Part shown: piece by piece, positions 1 through 10,134 of the stretch
Position numbering within the stretch: the first letter of the stretch is position 1
Layout: each line of letters opens with the position of its first letter
Virus record (IMG/VR): IMGVR_UViG_3300009184_000033
Coordinates: 32,001 to 96,000 of that record
DNA: 64,000 nucleotides
Strand: one strand, 5' to 3'
DNA from: a virus
Position numbers and translations under genes: made by a program
The notes under the pieces: model-generated
Database searches by the model: none
Seen by the model: only the letters and a program-made list of their open reading frames with translations
Told to the model about the DNA's origin: nothing

Positions 1-3000
1 TTGTTCAGCGGAATGCCTGAGGAGCCCTGTACGCTCGGGAATGTATCCTCATTGATCTCTATTCCGACCAGGGTCTTGTAGTAGAGCTCAAGGATGGAAG
101 ACACCGCAGTGTTTGAGCAGATGTCGAACTTCTGCGTGTTCGATTTCACGTATCTTATGGTCTGCTTCTTGATGAGCTTTGGAGCCGTCCCAGGAACCTC
201 TTGTACCTCAAAGTCGTTGTAGTAGAAGCTAGCCTGGTTGACAAGATCGTTAAAGTTGGAGAATGTGGTGACTCTGTCGAACGCCGATGGACCAGCGTAC
301 AGCCTGTTGTCAAAGTTGAAGCTCTTTGGCAGGAAGGTGAGATCGCTGTACTCTAGGTCAGCTATCCTTACTGCGACAGAGTACTCATTCTCATAGCCTA
401 TGTTTCCATTTGCGCCTGCGGGAATCCCGACTATCAGATTTCTAACGTTCAGACCCTCAGGAGATCTCATCCTCTGGGAAGCCGCAAGGCACTCTATCGC
501 AAGCTTCTCTCTGGAGCTAACGATGGAAATTCCTGGCACGTACCCATTTGCACGATCTCCAGACTGCCTAGACAGCGAGATGTCACGGAGAGTTATCTGG
601 GTCTGGTTGAGAGATTCAAGAATGTCAAGACCAGCATTTCCCTGCTTGACCAGACTTGTGGCTAGTTCATAGACAGCGTTTGTGTCGTCGCTTGATCCCG
701 TGAACGTGTCAATTGCCTTCTCAGAGAAACTGGAAGACCTCTTTGCGAAGCCATCGAGGATCTGTATTGCAACCTTGAGTCTCAGGTCATCTTCCTTGAC
801 CGATGTGATTGATGACTTAATCCGCTCTAGAGCTTTTAGGGTCGATGAGTTTGTAGACGCCACAGTGACATTTTTATACGAAGCTGGAGTGCTAGCAAGC
901 ACTGCAATGAACGCGTTTGGCACTTCAGAGAAGTATTGCTTGTAGCGCGAATTACCAGGAGGTCTTCCACCAACAATTGATGCAGTAGAAGTAGCCTCAG
1001 GAACATCTACAGAGAGATAAGCAAACTCAAGCTTGGGCATGCCTGCGACAAGAATCTCAGGCTGTTCTGCCCTCTTGACTTTCAGCATCTCGTAGTTTGT
1101 GCTCATCAGATTGCTCTGAACTCTGTAGATTCCTGTGAGGACATTTGCTACTGACATGCCGCTGAGCCATGTCTTTCCAGTGGATCCGCGGAAGAATCTA
1201 GATGAAAACTCTCTCACTGTTGGAATCCAGAATCTCGAGCTCAGGGTGGCCACGGGAAGCTGGTTGTAGTAAGGAGCTGGAACTTGATTGGACGTCGGGA
1301 ATGATGGCTCAACCACAGTGTTTGTGGTGATCGACACGTACTTCCCAGGATTTGGCCAGACTGGATCATCTTCTTCCAGCTCATTGATTGTGGCAAATCG
1401 TGAGATCAAACCCTTGAGCACGTCGATTCCGTAATCGATAATCTCAAATATCGCAACGTCCTCAAATGAAGAAACCTTAGACTCGTTGCCAGAGACAGTC
1501 GAGCTGGTGAAGATCACTGTCTGGGATCTAAGGTCTCCATCGACGGTTATCAAGACCTCTGGATCAGTCTTCTTTGAGAGGAAGCTTGGACTTGACTTTG
1601 AGCTGGTCTTTGTGGCAGTGCCGAGGTTAGATACCAGCTCCCTGGATCTCAGCCAGTCCCTGAAGTACTTCTTTGCCGACTGCAAGTTCGAGGACTGTGG
1701 CACCAGAGAAACAGCCGTACCGATGGAAGCAACTGCAACTGAAGTCCCAATTGCGCTAGCGGTAGGTGATGTGTTCAGCTTTCCTGAGTTGTAGTCCTTG
1801 ATGAAGGCTTCGAGAATCTTTGCCGCGCCCGATGGATTGTCCCTAATGAATACGTGTGCGATGCTCTTTACGTACTGGATTTGCTCATTCCCAGAGGTCA
1901 TTTTACCAGAAGACGGATAGGCTGAGCTTGAGATCTTGGTCGCAAACCGGTCGCTGAATGTCTTGATCGACGCCTGGAGCATTGATGCCGCAGTTATTCT
2001 CTCACCGACGGCAAAAGATGTCTCGGTGGGCGTCTTTCCTCTGAACCTCGGAAAGTAGAGAGTCCTCAGAAGACTTGACGCGTTCTTGCATGACGTGTAG
2101 AATGCCCTAGAAGCGTTCGTATAATCAGTGAAGTTCAGGGGAGAGGATGGTTTAAACGCGCTGTTGACAAGAGCGTTCGATGGCGTGTATGTGATCCCGT
2201 TATAGCTCCTGCTCCCATTCTCAAGCAGTAAGATGTTCTTGTCTGGTATGTCTATCTGCCCTATGAGTCCAGAGAAGTTTAGGGCATCTGTGATTTTGAT
2301 TGGAGACCTCGACTTCAAGTCAAAGTCTAGCTCCACTGACAGGTCCTGCCACGGATCAATTCCAATAGAGCGCTCAAAGACGGACTGATCTGGTACGACC
2401 GTGAGGCTGAAGTAGTCGCTTCCGACCGTCGACTTGATGGTGGGGTGAAGTTCCTTCTCATCTCCGCTGCCAGACTGGACCTCGCCAAGCTTCAGAGATG
2501 CGGCCAGCTCCCTGGCTATCCTGATCGAAGCGAGTGTCGTGCTGGTCTTTTGGACAGTAGAGACTCCAGGGTCATTGATTATCGCGTCAATTAGTAGGCT
2601 TCTCTGCTTTGAACCTATTGCACCTGGGAATCCAACCCTCGAGAAGATCACGATATCTGAGAGAAACTGACCGAACATTACGCTGGCATTCTTGGCAAAG
2701 CTGGGACTTTTGGGGTCGATCAGCAGAGACACTGGGTAGAAGTCCAGTGCCAGAGATCCGATGTTGGCGCCGTCAGAATTCTGGAGGATAGTGTTGCTCA
2801 GGTGGGAGTTGTAGTCAAGAGCTCTGGCACCATACTCTTTCATGAGATATGCGGTCTTGAGAAGCTCAGTGTCAACTCTTGCGGACTCTAAGTTGGCGGT
2901 GTAGATGTCAAGAGCGTTCTGGAAAGCATCTGGATTCTTAGTCTTCAGGTCAGAGATGATCTTCTTTGTTGTGGCAAGATCGATGCTCCGGAGACCATAC

Positions 3001-3299
3001 CTGACATTCAGCAAGTTCCCAGCTAGAGACCTAGACTCGCCCTCAAATAGTGGCTGAAAGTCCATGAGCGCAAGGATCTCGAGCCTCGTGTTGGTGATGC
3101 CCTTTGCCTGAAGCATGCGAGTGTCAAACTTGCTGCCAACGTCGATAGAAGTGTCTGACGTGGGCTTTGTGACCTGATTGGACTCCTTGTTCTCAACAAT
3201 CCTGACCGCACCTGAGTTCTTAAACTTCAGGGAAGAGCTTGCCGTCGACTTGCTCTGGGGAACCGGAGGTGGACCAATCTTAGAGCTGGCTGCTGGCAT
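1..3299 (-). CDS. Large hypothetical protein, probably virion structural (>1099 aa; 3' end beyond the window edge; not in the ORF track)
   Basis: ATG at 3299 overlaps the TAA of the upstream gene (TAATG). Hand translation of the first ~240 codons (MPAASSKIGPPPVPQSKST...), of a block near 2100 and of the last codons (...NEDTFPSVQGSSGIPLN) shows no stop. The whole frame was not checked codon by codon. The structural role is inferred from context. Confidence 0.75.
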   Translation of the reverse strand, partial: MPAASSKIGPPPVPQSKSTASSSLKFKNSGAVRIVENKESNQVTKPTSDTSIDVGSKFDTRMLQAKGITNTRLEILALMDFQPLFEGESRSLAGNLLNVRYGLRSIDLATTKKIISDLKTKNPDAFQNALDIYTANLESARVDTELLKTAYLMKEYGARALDYNSHLSNTILQNSDGANIGSLALDFYPVSLLIDPKSPSFAKNASVMFGQFLSDIVIFSRVGFPGAIGSKQRSLLIDAIINDPGVSTVQKTSTTLASIRIARELAASLKLGEVQSGSGDEKELHPTIKSTVGSDYFSLTVVPDQSVFERSIGIDPWQDLSVELDFDLKSRSPIKITDALNFSGLIGQIDIPDKNILLLENGSRSYNGITYTPSNALVNSAFKPSSPLNFTDYTNASRAFYTSCKNASSLLRTLYFPRFRGKTPTETSFAVGERITAASMLQASIKTFSDRFATKISSSAYPSSGKMTSGNEQIQYVKSIAHVFIRDNPSGAAKILEAFIKDYNSGKLNTSPTASAIGTSVAVASIGTAVSLVPQSSNLQSAKKYFRDWLRSRELVSNLGTATKTSSKSSPSFLSKKTDPEVLITVDGDLRSQTVIFTSSTVSGNESKVSSFEDVAIFEIIDYGIDVLKGLISRFATINELEEDDPVWPNPGKYVSITTNTVVEPSFPTSNQVPAPYYNQLPVATLSSRFWIPTVREFSSRFFRGSTGKTWLSGMSVANVLTGIYRVQSNLMSTNYEMLKVKRAEQPEILVAGMPKLEFAYLSVDVPEATSTASIVGGRPPGNSRYKQYFSEVPNAFIAVLASTPASYKNVTVASTNSSTLKALERIKSSITSVKEDDLRLKVAIQILDGFAKRSSSFSEKAIDTFTGSSDDTNAVYELATSLVKQGNAGLDILESLNQTQITLRDISLSRQSGDRANGYVPGISIVSSREKLAIECLAASQRMRSPEGLNVRNLIVGIPAGANGNIGYENEYSVAVRIADLEYSDLTFLPKSFNFDNRLYAGPSAFDRVTTFSNFNDLVNQASFYYNDFEVQEVPGTAPKLIKKQTIRYVKSNTQKFDICSNTAVSSILELYYKTLVGIEINEDTFPSVQGSSGIPLN

Positions 3300-5662
3300 T
3301 ATCTGTTGCTCCTCAAGAGTGTTCTCTCTGGTACGCTCTGGTCTATTGAGATAGACACAGGTCCGACTGGTTGCTTAAACTGCATGCCTCTCTCCACAAG
3401 AATTACCCTGTACTTCACTTCTCCAAGAAGATTTGCCAGCTTTCGATCTTCAAAAGCGAACGGAGAGCCAGAATCGAACTTGCTGCGCGAGGCTGTTCCA
3501 AGAACTCTCTCAGAACCCGAGTACTCTCCAAGAATCAAGAAGTGGTCGACTTCAGTGACGTCGCCGTTGACTGACCATGTCAGGTAGTTTACACGATTTG
3601 GTGCGTCTTGCTGGACCGCGAGGTCAGATACTTCTGGCCTCTTGATAGAGGGGCTGACCTCTATCGTCTTTTGCTCGCCCATGCCACCGATCTCCACGCC
3701 GTCTTCAAGTGAGTTCTTGACAATCTGTTGCTGGGACGGAAGCGACTCAATTCTCTTGATGCCAGAGCTTCTCCACTTTCTGTACCTGAACTTGTACCCG
3801 TTGCCAGTCTTAACGTCTTCTCTCTGCACCACCGTGAGATAGGAGACAGAAGCGGTGTTGACTGCAAGGAGCTTCACGATGTACTTGTACACGTGAGTTG
3901 GATCTCCATTGAATGACACCGTGATCGGACCAGGGCTATAGAGAGTCGGTATCGTCACCATGGCTCCGGTCTCAAGGTCCACCCTGGTGATCTTGTACCT
4001 GGAAGTGACAGAGAGCTGGGACTTGTTGTTCTCTCGCTCTTCATCGAACTTGTCACTGAGTCCTGACGAAACTATCTCACTCTGGAGAGATCCGGCCACC
4101 GTTGTGGTTCGAGTTTCATCTATCTGGATTACGTGGGTGATCAAGTTGCCGTTTGCCGAGCTGTTTGCGAGAGAGACGCTAAAGTCGATTTCAAGTATCT
4201 CCCTCTTTTTCTCCAGCACGGTTATGGGTATCGTGATCTTCTCGAGCACCTCACAGCCACCAGATATGAACCTGACACGGTAAACGTAGGGAGTGTACTC
4301 GATTATCTGCTGGTCAACGTACGGCGTGTTCGGCGGCACTGAGGTGAGGGTTTCGTATGAGTCTGAGTACTTGTCTTTCCTCTCAATCTTGACGGCGTCA
4401 ACAAAGTCGGGAACATTTTTGGTGTACACCGTCACTGTGTCACCACTCTGCTCTGCAAATGCTTCCAGCTTGATGGACTCATAGCTTATTTTTCTTGCCG
4501 CTGGAATCGAGACGCAATCCATGATCTTTGAACTTCCGTTCTTGACTGGCAGGTCCCTTATCCCAGACAGAGTGTATGACCTAGACTCAGACTTGTTGCC
4601 AAAGTCGACTTTTCCCGTGACTATCGTGGATGACTTCGGGAGTATCTTGCCCGAAGAAACTTTGGTGACCGTGAATGCCTGATTGACTATGGCATGCTGT
4701 TCAAGGTTGTAGAGCATGGGAAAAGGATTCGGGTTCGATATCCTGATCGAGTCTTTGCCAACCGTGAACTGGCCATTAGTGAGAGTCAGGCTCATGTCTT
4801 GAGCCCTGGTGCACAGGTTCTGAAACTCGGTCCTGTTCTGAAAACCAAACGAAGACTTGAGCTTGGGGACCTGGGATCGGTAGAACACGAGATCCAAGAA
4901 GTACTGCCTCTTTGCCGCGAGGCTCAGGAATTGCTGTTCGGTGAGAGAGTTTATGACCACGACTATTTCACAGGGCTTGTACTTCTGCTTTGCGCTCTCC
5001 GATGTTATCTTTGGGCTTGATGGTTGTGCTTCATCTAGAAGTTCAAACAGCTCAAGAGACGGAAGGAAATTGCTTGGAATTCTCCGAGAAAACATCTTGA
5101 CAATCTCGCTCGGATGAAGAGAGTACTCTTCAAAAGACTTCTTTGCGTTTCTAGACGCAGAGACTAAGTCGATATCTCTTGGCTTTGTTTCTGTCTCTAT
5201 CCATGAGTTCTTTGCGACATCCACACTCGGCAAGAACAGCTCATAGTTCTCTTCGTTGATTCTGCCGGAACCGATTCTCGCGACAGTCTGATCATCCAAG
5301 TAGGATGAGACTTTCACCCTTGTGCTGGCCAGCTCTGAGGTCTTTCTTGAGTCAGTAAGAGTCGTCCTGACTCTTGAGATGAAGCTGGTGACAGAGCTGG
5401 ATACTCCCTCTGGCGAAGTGTCTGATGTGAAGTAGCTGAGCTTCGGCTCTGTGTGATCTGTTATCCTGGCCTCTATCTCATCAAACTCCTTGATGAGAGC
5501 CAGATGCAGGTTCAGGTAGACACGCATGACGTACTTGACGTCGTAGAGCAGGCTGGCAGCCCCTTTGGAAGACCTCACGGTGCGCTGTGCCACGGTGACA
5601 TTCACGAAGTCAGGCTCGACAAACACAAAGTCCTTGTCTCTGAGCAGTTCTGGAGTGAGCAT
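3299..5662 (-). CDS. Putative virion protein with fibronectin-III-like beta-sandwich segments (787 aa)
   Basis: Long ORF coupled by TAATG at both ends. Segments VKIERK...YVDQQIIEYTPYVYRVR and LTWSVNG...FAFED...VKYRVILV resemble FN3 patterns. Confidence 0.6.
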   Translation of the reverse strand: MLTPELLRDKDFVFVEPDFVNVTVAQRTVRSSKGAASLLYDVKYVMRVYLNLHLALIKEFDEIEARITDHTEPKLSYFTSDTSPEGVSSSVTSFISRVRTTLTDSRKTSELASTRVKVSSYLDDQTVARIGSGRINEENYELFLPSVDVAKNSWIETETKPRDIDLVSASRNAKKSFEEYSLHPSEIVKMFSRRIPSNFLPSLELFELLDEAQPSSPKITSESAKQKYKPCEIVVVINSLTEQQFLSLAAKRQYFLDLVFYRSQVPKLKSSFGFQNRTEFQNLCTRAQDMSLTLTNGQFTVGKDSIRISNPNPFPMLYNLEQHAIVNQAFTVTKVSSGKILPKSSTIVTGKVDFGNKSESRSYTLSGIRDLPVKNGSSKIMDCVSIPAARKISYESIKLEAFAEQSGDTVTVYTKNVPDFVDAVKIERKDKYSDSYETLTSVPPNTPYVDQQIIEYTPYVYRVRFISGGCEVLEKITIPITVLEKKREILEIDFSVSLANSSANGNLITHVIQIDETRTTTVAGSLQSEIVSSGLSDKFDEERENNKSQLSVTSRYKITRVDLETGAMVTIPTLYSPGPITVSFNGDPTHVYKYIVKLLAVNTASVSYLTVVQREDVKTGNGYKFRYRKWRSSGIKRIESLPSQQQIVKNSLEDGVEIGGMGEQKTIEVSPSIKRPEVSDLAVQQDAPNRVNYLTWSVNGDVTEVDHFLILGEYSGSERVLGTASRSKFDSGSPFAFEDRKLANLLGEVKYRVILVERGMQFKQPVGPVSISIDQSVPERTLLRSNR

Positions 5663-6564
5663 TACTCAAACACCATGGTGAAAATGTTGACAAAGTTCAA
5701 GTTCTGAGCCGTGTCCCTGTATAGCTTTCCAGCGAAGAACACATGCTGGAACTTCCCATCTGAGCCTTCGAACTGGCCACCATCTACGACGGAAAGCTTC
5801 ATCACGCCGTTTGTCCCATGCTCAAACACCTGCGAGACCAAGTTGTTGCTGTCACTTGTGTTGGTGAATCTTATCTCTGAGATCTGCTTGCCAGCAAGGT
5901 ATTGCTGGAGCTCTTCCAAAGTGTCTAGTGGATTCTCGTTGATCTGTGTATAGGTTGCCATCTGCTTTGGGGCGATAGACTCATCGATGGGTCTATCGAG
6001 AGGCGGCATGAACTTATAGTTGTCAAAGTTCCCGAACCTGTAGTCTTGGAACACGCACTCGATATCATCGACGTAAGCTCGAGAAATTCCATTCGACTGT
6101 GAGACGAGGCTATCTGTGATGTAGAACTCCGTGTTGTCCACCCCCACTCGGAATCCGTAGTCCAGCTGGACCCTTAGCGTGTCTCGAGATCCAATGATCA
6201 TCTGCCTTCTGAAGCTGTCTATTGAAGAGCTTGATATGCTCTCGTACACTTGGACGCTTCCAGTTAGACTATGACCTGGAACTCTTCCGTTTGTCGTCTC
6301 AAAGTCATTGGTGCTGAACGGGAGCATGTCTCCATCAAAACTGGTCTCTGGAATGATCGAGTCGTCATTGTTGGACGAGGCTTCAAAGTAGATGCTCAAG
6401 CCCGGGTCCTCCAAGTACCCGTCTGAATCCTTGGAGTACACCACGTTTCGATCAGTGAAGCTTATGAAGTTCGCGCGCAGCATACCAGACGCAATCTGTC
6501 TTCTGCCCTCTCGGGTGATGATCGCGTCTACTACTCTTGACTTGTTGTCGAGGATGCCAGCCAA
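5662..6564 (-). CDS. Hypothetical virion-associated protein (300 aa)
   Basis: TTG start with GAGGG upstream. The N-terminus (GILDNKSRVVDAIITREGRRQIA) resembles a recurrent large-phage structural family from memory; not verified. Confidence 0.6.
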   Translation of the reverse strand: MAGILDNKSRVVDAIITREGRRQIASGMLRANFISFTDRNVVYSKDSDGYLEDPGLSIYFEASSNNDDSIIPETSFDGDMLPFSTNDFETTNGRVPGHSLTGSVQVYESISSSSIDSFRRQMIIGSRDTLRVQLDYGFRVGVDNTEFYITDSLVSQSNGISRAYVDDIECVFQDYRFGNFDNYKFMPPLDRPIDESIAPKQMATYTQINENPLDTLEELQQYLAGKQISEIRFTNTSDSNNLVSQVFEHGTNGVMKLSVVDGGQFEGSDGKFQHVFFAGKLYRDTAQNLNFVNIFTMVFE

Positions 6565-6579
6565 TTCATTCCCTCACTC

Positions 6580-6586
6580 TAAGTAT
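6580..6586 (-). promoter_or_regulatory. Candidate late-promoter motif ATACTTA
   Basis: Intergenic, 16 nt upstream of the 6564 start. The identical heptamer occurs at 18380, 51113 and 59263. Confidence 0.45.
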
Positions 6587-6602
6587 GAGACACTCAAAGT
6601 TT

Positions 6603-6962
6603 TCAAGTGGCAGACTGTCCCTCAAACTTGCTTGCGATCTGCTCGAAATCCTTAGAGTCCTCAGACTCCAGGGACTCGAGGACCTCGTCATAGGCCAGAA
6701 CCTTTCCACGCTCTATGTCGCCAGCCGATCGGAGCTTCACTGGTATCTGGACAATCTGGTCCCGGATGACCTCAAACGACTTCAGTAGTATGGTGCAAGC
6801 CGCCTCATAGTCGGGCGCTCCATTCACTGTCTGCAGGCGTTCTTGCATCGTGAGGATGACTGACTCGAGGTGAGGCAGGGTGTGCTTCTCTGCGACCTCA
6901 AACTCTCCAGCCAACTTGCTGGAGGCTTCTCTCTTTGTCTCTAGAACAGATTGGGGTATCAT
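6603..6962 (-). CDS. Hypothetical protein (119 aa, helical and acidic)
   Basis: ATG with an AGGAG Shine-Dalgarno; fills the gap between structural genes. Confidence 0.6.
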   Translation of the reverse strand: MIPQSVLETKREASSKLAGEFEVAEKHTLPHLESVILTMQERLQTVNGAPDYEAACTILLKSFEVIRDQIVQIPVKLRSAGDIERGKVLAYDEVLESLESEDSKDFEQIASKFEGQSAT

Positions 6963-7008
6963 GCTTTCTCCTGTGCAATCTTACACACGGGAGATCAGAT
7001 GATAGGCG

Positions 7009-10000
7009 CTAGATCGTGCCAGATGGATATGTCCTGTTCCTCACGACTTCATCATCAAAGTATGGGAGCGAAGACGTGGCATAGATGCTCAAGTTGCAGG
7101 ACTGGGTGGACATTGGATCTTTGCTGGAGCCAAGAAGGGTCGGATTCTCGTGCACTGGAGTCCTGAACTTGATCTCGATAGGGAACTTGGTTGGAGATTC
7201 AGTCTTTGGCCTGGTCGCCTTTTTGATCCTAGCAGATTTGCTGTTGGTGGCTGGAAAGATCTGAGACTTTTCTTGTATACTCTCCAGAGTTATCGCGGCG
7301 TACTGTCTCTGCTCAAGCATGTCTCTGAGATGTCCATAGTGGGTTGCTCTAAAGACAGCGCTGGTTGGCATCGGATTTGCGTTGATCAACCCGTACTTAA
7401 ATCCGACTGGCTTCTGGAGTGTGACGAGGGGAAGGGTCACATTTGCAAGAGTTGCCATAAATCTTGTTCTTTCTGCCGGAAGATGGATGCCATAGGGACC
7501 ATCTCCGATTCCAAACAGGATCCTGTTAGAAACTTCTGCGGGTAGTTGCTTAAGACCACCGACAATCGATGCATAAGCCGTAGAAGAAGTGTCTAGCGAA
7601 GTTCTTCTGATACCACTCAAGACATTTGAATTGCGCTGAGGATAAGAGAAATAGCTCAAGACGTCAGTGTACCCGCTTGAAGTCAAGAAACCGATATCTT
7701 GATTTACTAATCCCCTGTCTAGCTCATAGACAATAGAGTATGTCAGTTTTCTCTGCCTGCGCTGGAGGCCTGCAAACTCGCTTGAGAAGGGGTACTTGTG
7801 GAGCCAGCTGTCATTGATGTACTTTGTTCCTCCGGTCGCATTTCCAAAGAAAATCTCATATGTGCTACCTCCACCGCTGCCGTTTGTGCTAAATGGCGTG
7901 ATCTTGAGCAGATACAAGCCATCTTTTAGGCTCTGGCTGGTGCCAGATCCAACCAAGATCGGAGTGTAGCCAGTGGCTCTCCACATTTCCACGGGATCTG
8001 GAACAAAGCTGTCATAATAACGCTCTGCGGCATCAACGATCCTGATGTTTCTCTGCAAGCTAGCCATATCCCCTGCAGTTCCATCGATCACACTTCCAAA
8101 GACTTTTCTGATAGTGTTATCACCCTCAATCAGCTCAGAAGAACCAGATCTTGGCCAGCCAGTCCTTGGAACTGTCATGGATCCAGTGATCCAGCTAGAG
8201 CGGACCGATCCCGTGTACTCATTGATGCTAGCCACCTCGTGCTGATCTAGGACAGGGTTCAGATAGTGCAGAGACTCATGCACGGCTGGAGTATTAAGAG
8301 TCTGAGGGAGAGATGTGTGGTACTTTTCTCCGTCCTTGACATACCTTCCTTTTATGACCAGGCTCGTTATCTGCGGAGGCAAGCTCAGGTAAGATCCCGT
8401 TGAGAAAGAGTACTGCGGATATACTTCTGGGTCAGTGGTATAGAAGTCTGGCGCCGTATTGTTGACGTTGATTCCAAAGATCAGGTTATCTGTTGGCAGG
8501 AGCAAGTAAGACGTTTTGACAACTTCGGCGCTCTGGTTGTAGATTTGGAAGTCTCCAGGAGTCTTGACACTGAGCACTCCTGGCTTTCTACCGCTGAATG
8601 GAAATTTGGTTCTTGCGGATGGCCTGGCAGCCAGAGTGACAGTATCAAATGGGTTTCTTGCAGTGGTTGCAGTTACTTCCTGCGTCACCAGTGGTATCGA
8701 TTTTCCTGTCGGATCCACTCCCTCGCAGGAATAGTCATATGTGACTCCCGGAGTGGCTAACAAAACTGGCTGTGGGAGATTAGAAGATCCACCTCCCCAC
8801 CAACCACCTCTATCGAGATATCCAACTGATACCTGGTGGATATTTGCAGGTGCAATCTTTGGAGTCAGGTCTAAGGTACAGTCAAAACCTATCGAGCTAG
8901 TCCCTATTGCGGTCTGTCCATCTTGTCCCCACTCGTGCGAGAAAGCAAAATTGTCTTTGTTTATGAAGTAATCTAGACTTGCAGTGTAGCGTATCTTGAG
9001 ATTTCTTGTTCCTACTGAGTCTGCAAAGCTACCACTGAAGTAGTTGTTCTTGTTCCAGGCAAGCAGGGTGCTGTATGAGACCAGCTCCCTATAACTTGAT
9101 GAGACGTTCTTTGCGGTGGCGACATTGGCGTTGGGTCCGTCTTGGCGTATCAGGAAGAAAGTGTAAGCGTCGAATGGATAACCACCGGTGAACTGGCCAT
9201 CGAAAATCTTGTTCAGGCTTCCTGTAACTCGAATCTCTATGCTCTCCACCTCGAACGCAGCATTGATGTAGTCGCTCATCTTTATGAGGTTGCTAGAAGT
9301 AGCATAGAACCTAAAATTTGATGGACCACCGAAGACGTTAGAGGGCTGTCCCACTGAGGCGAACGAGCTTGTGAAGTAGGAATTGATCACATCATCTCCC
9401 CCAGTTCCAAGCTGTGACAGAAGAGACACTGCGTCCATCGACATCTCATGGAACATCGTGGCGCGAGTGGTGATTGGACTAGTCAGCCTCTGGTAGCCGT
9501 TCGGAGCCGTGTATGTGGCGTTGGTGTGATTTGCCGGCCTGTAGTAGCGAAATCCCGTGACCGGATCTCTTGGACCCACGATGTCAAACTCATAACCATT
9601 CTTGCTGTTGTAGTAGAAGACGCCATTTGAGGTCTCTCTTTTGTACCCTGGAACGCCAGTTGTCAGGGCTCTAGAGAACCGGTTTACACTACCTGAGAAT
9701 CTCATATCAATCTTGATGACGTCTTTCTCTCCAACACTGTCGATATTCTGCTCCGTGAATGGCGCCAGATTTGGAGATGGCCTGTTGGAGTCTTGGTACG
9801 GATCGAACTCCGCATACACAGAGCTACCAAAACCACCGTAGACCGTGATTGTAGAGCCTGAGTTTGGGGTCGTAACTGCGCTTTTTCGAAGCCCATATGG
9901 GCTCTCGGTGGGTATAGCCGATGGATAAGAGACAGTAAGTGGCCTGCTTCCAGTCTGGAAGACCCTGACGTTCGTGTCGTCGAAACACCACGTACGGGAA

Positions 10001-10134
10001 CCAAGGCGATTCTGGTCTCCTGGCAGCTGGATTACGGGGTACTCTGATCTGCTATCCCTGTCAGCCAAGATGTTCCTGGGGCTGGCAGAGATCACACCAC
10101 TTCCAGAGAAGTTAGTTCTTGAGTCTATCTTCAC
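7009..10134 (-). CDS. Large putative tail/baseplate structural protein (1041 aa)
   Basis: Long ORF, GTG start overlapping the upstream TGA. Ser/Thr/Gly-rich with a beta-rich pattern; lies in the baseplate operon. Confidence 0.65.
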   Translation of the reverse strand: MKIDSRTNFSGSGVISASPRNILADRDSRSEYPVIQLPGDQNRLGSRTWCFDDTNVRVFQTGSRPLTVSYPSAIPTESPYGLRKSAVTTPNSGSTITVYGGFGSSVYAEFDPYQDSNRPSPNLAPFTEQNIDSVGEKDVIKIDMRFSGSVNRFSRALTTGVPGYKRETSNGVFYYNSKNGYEFDIVGPRDPVTGFRYYRPANHTNATYTAPNGYQRLTSPITTRATMFHEMSMDAVSLLSQLGTGGDDVINSYFTSSFASVGQPSNVFGGPSNFRFYATSSNLIKMSDYINAAFEVESIEIRVTGSLNKIFDGQFTGGYPFDAYTFFLIRQDGPNANVATAKNVSSSYRELVSYSTLLAWNKNNYFSGSFADSVGTRNLKIRYTASLDYFINKDNFAFSHEWGQDGQTAIGTSSIGFDCTLDLTPKIAPANIHQVSVGYLDRGGWWGGGSSNLPQPVLLATPGVTYDYSCEGVDPTGKSIPLVTQEVTATTARNPFDTVTLAARPSARTKFPFSGRKPGVLSVKTPGDFQIYNQSAEVVKTSYLLLPTDNLIFGINVNNTAPDFYTTDPEVYPQYSFSTGSYLSLPPQITSLVIKGRYVKDGEKYHTSLPQTLNTPAVHESLHYLNPVLDQHEVASINEYTGSVRSSWITGSMTVPRTGWPRSGSSELIEGDNTIRKVFGSVIDGTAGDMASLQRNIRIVDAAERYYDSFVPDPVEMWRATGYTPILVGSGTSQSLKDGLYLLKITPFSTNGSGGGSTYEIFFGNATGGTKYINDSWLHKYPFSSEFAGLQRRQRKLTYSIVYELDRGLVNQDIGFLTSSGYTDVLSYFSYPQRNSNVLSGIRRTSLDTSSTAYASIVGGLKQLPAEVSNRILFGIGDGPYGIHLPAERTRFMATLANVTLPLVTLQKPVGFKYGLINANPMPTSAVFRATHYGHLRDMLEQRQYAAITLESIQEKSQIFPATNSKSARIKKATRPKTESPTKFPIEIKFRTPVHENPTLLGSSKDPMSTQSCNLSIYATSSLPYFDDEVVRNRTYPSGTI

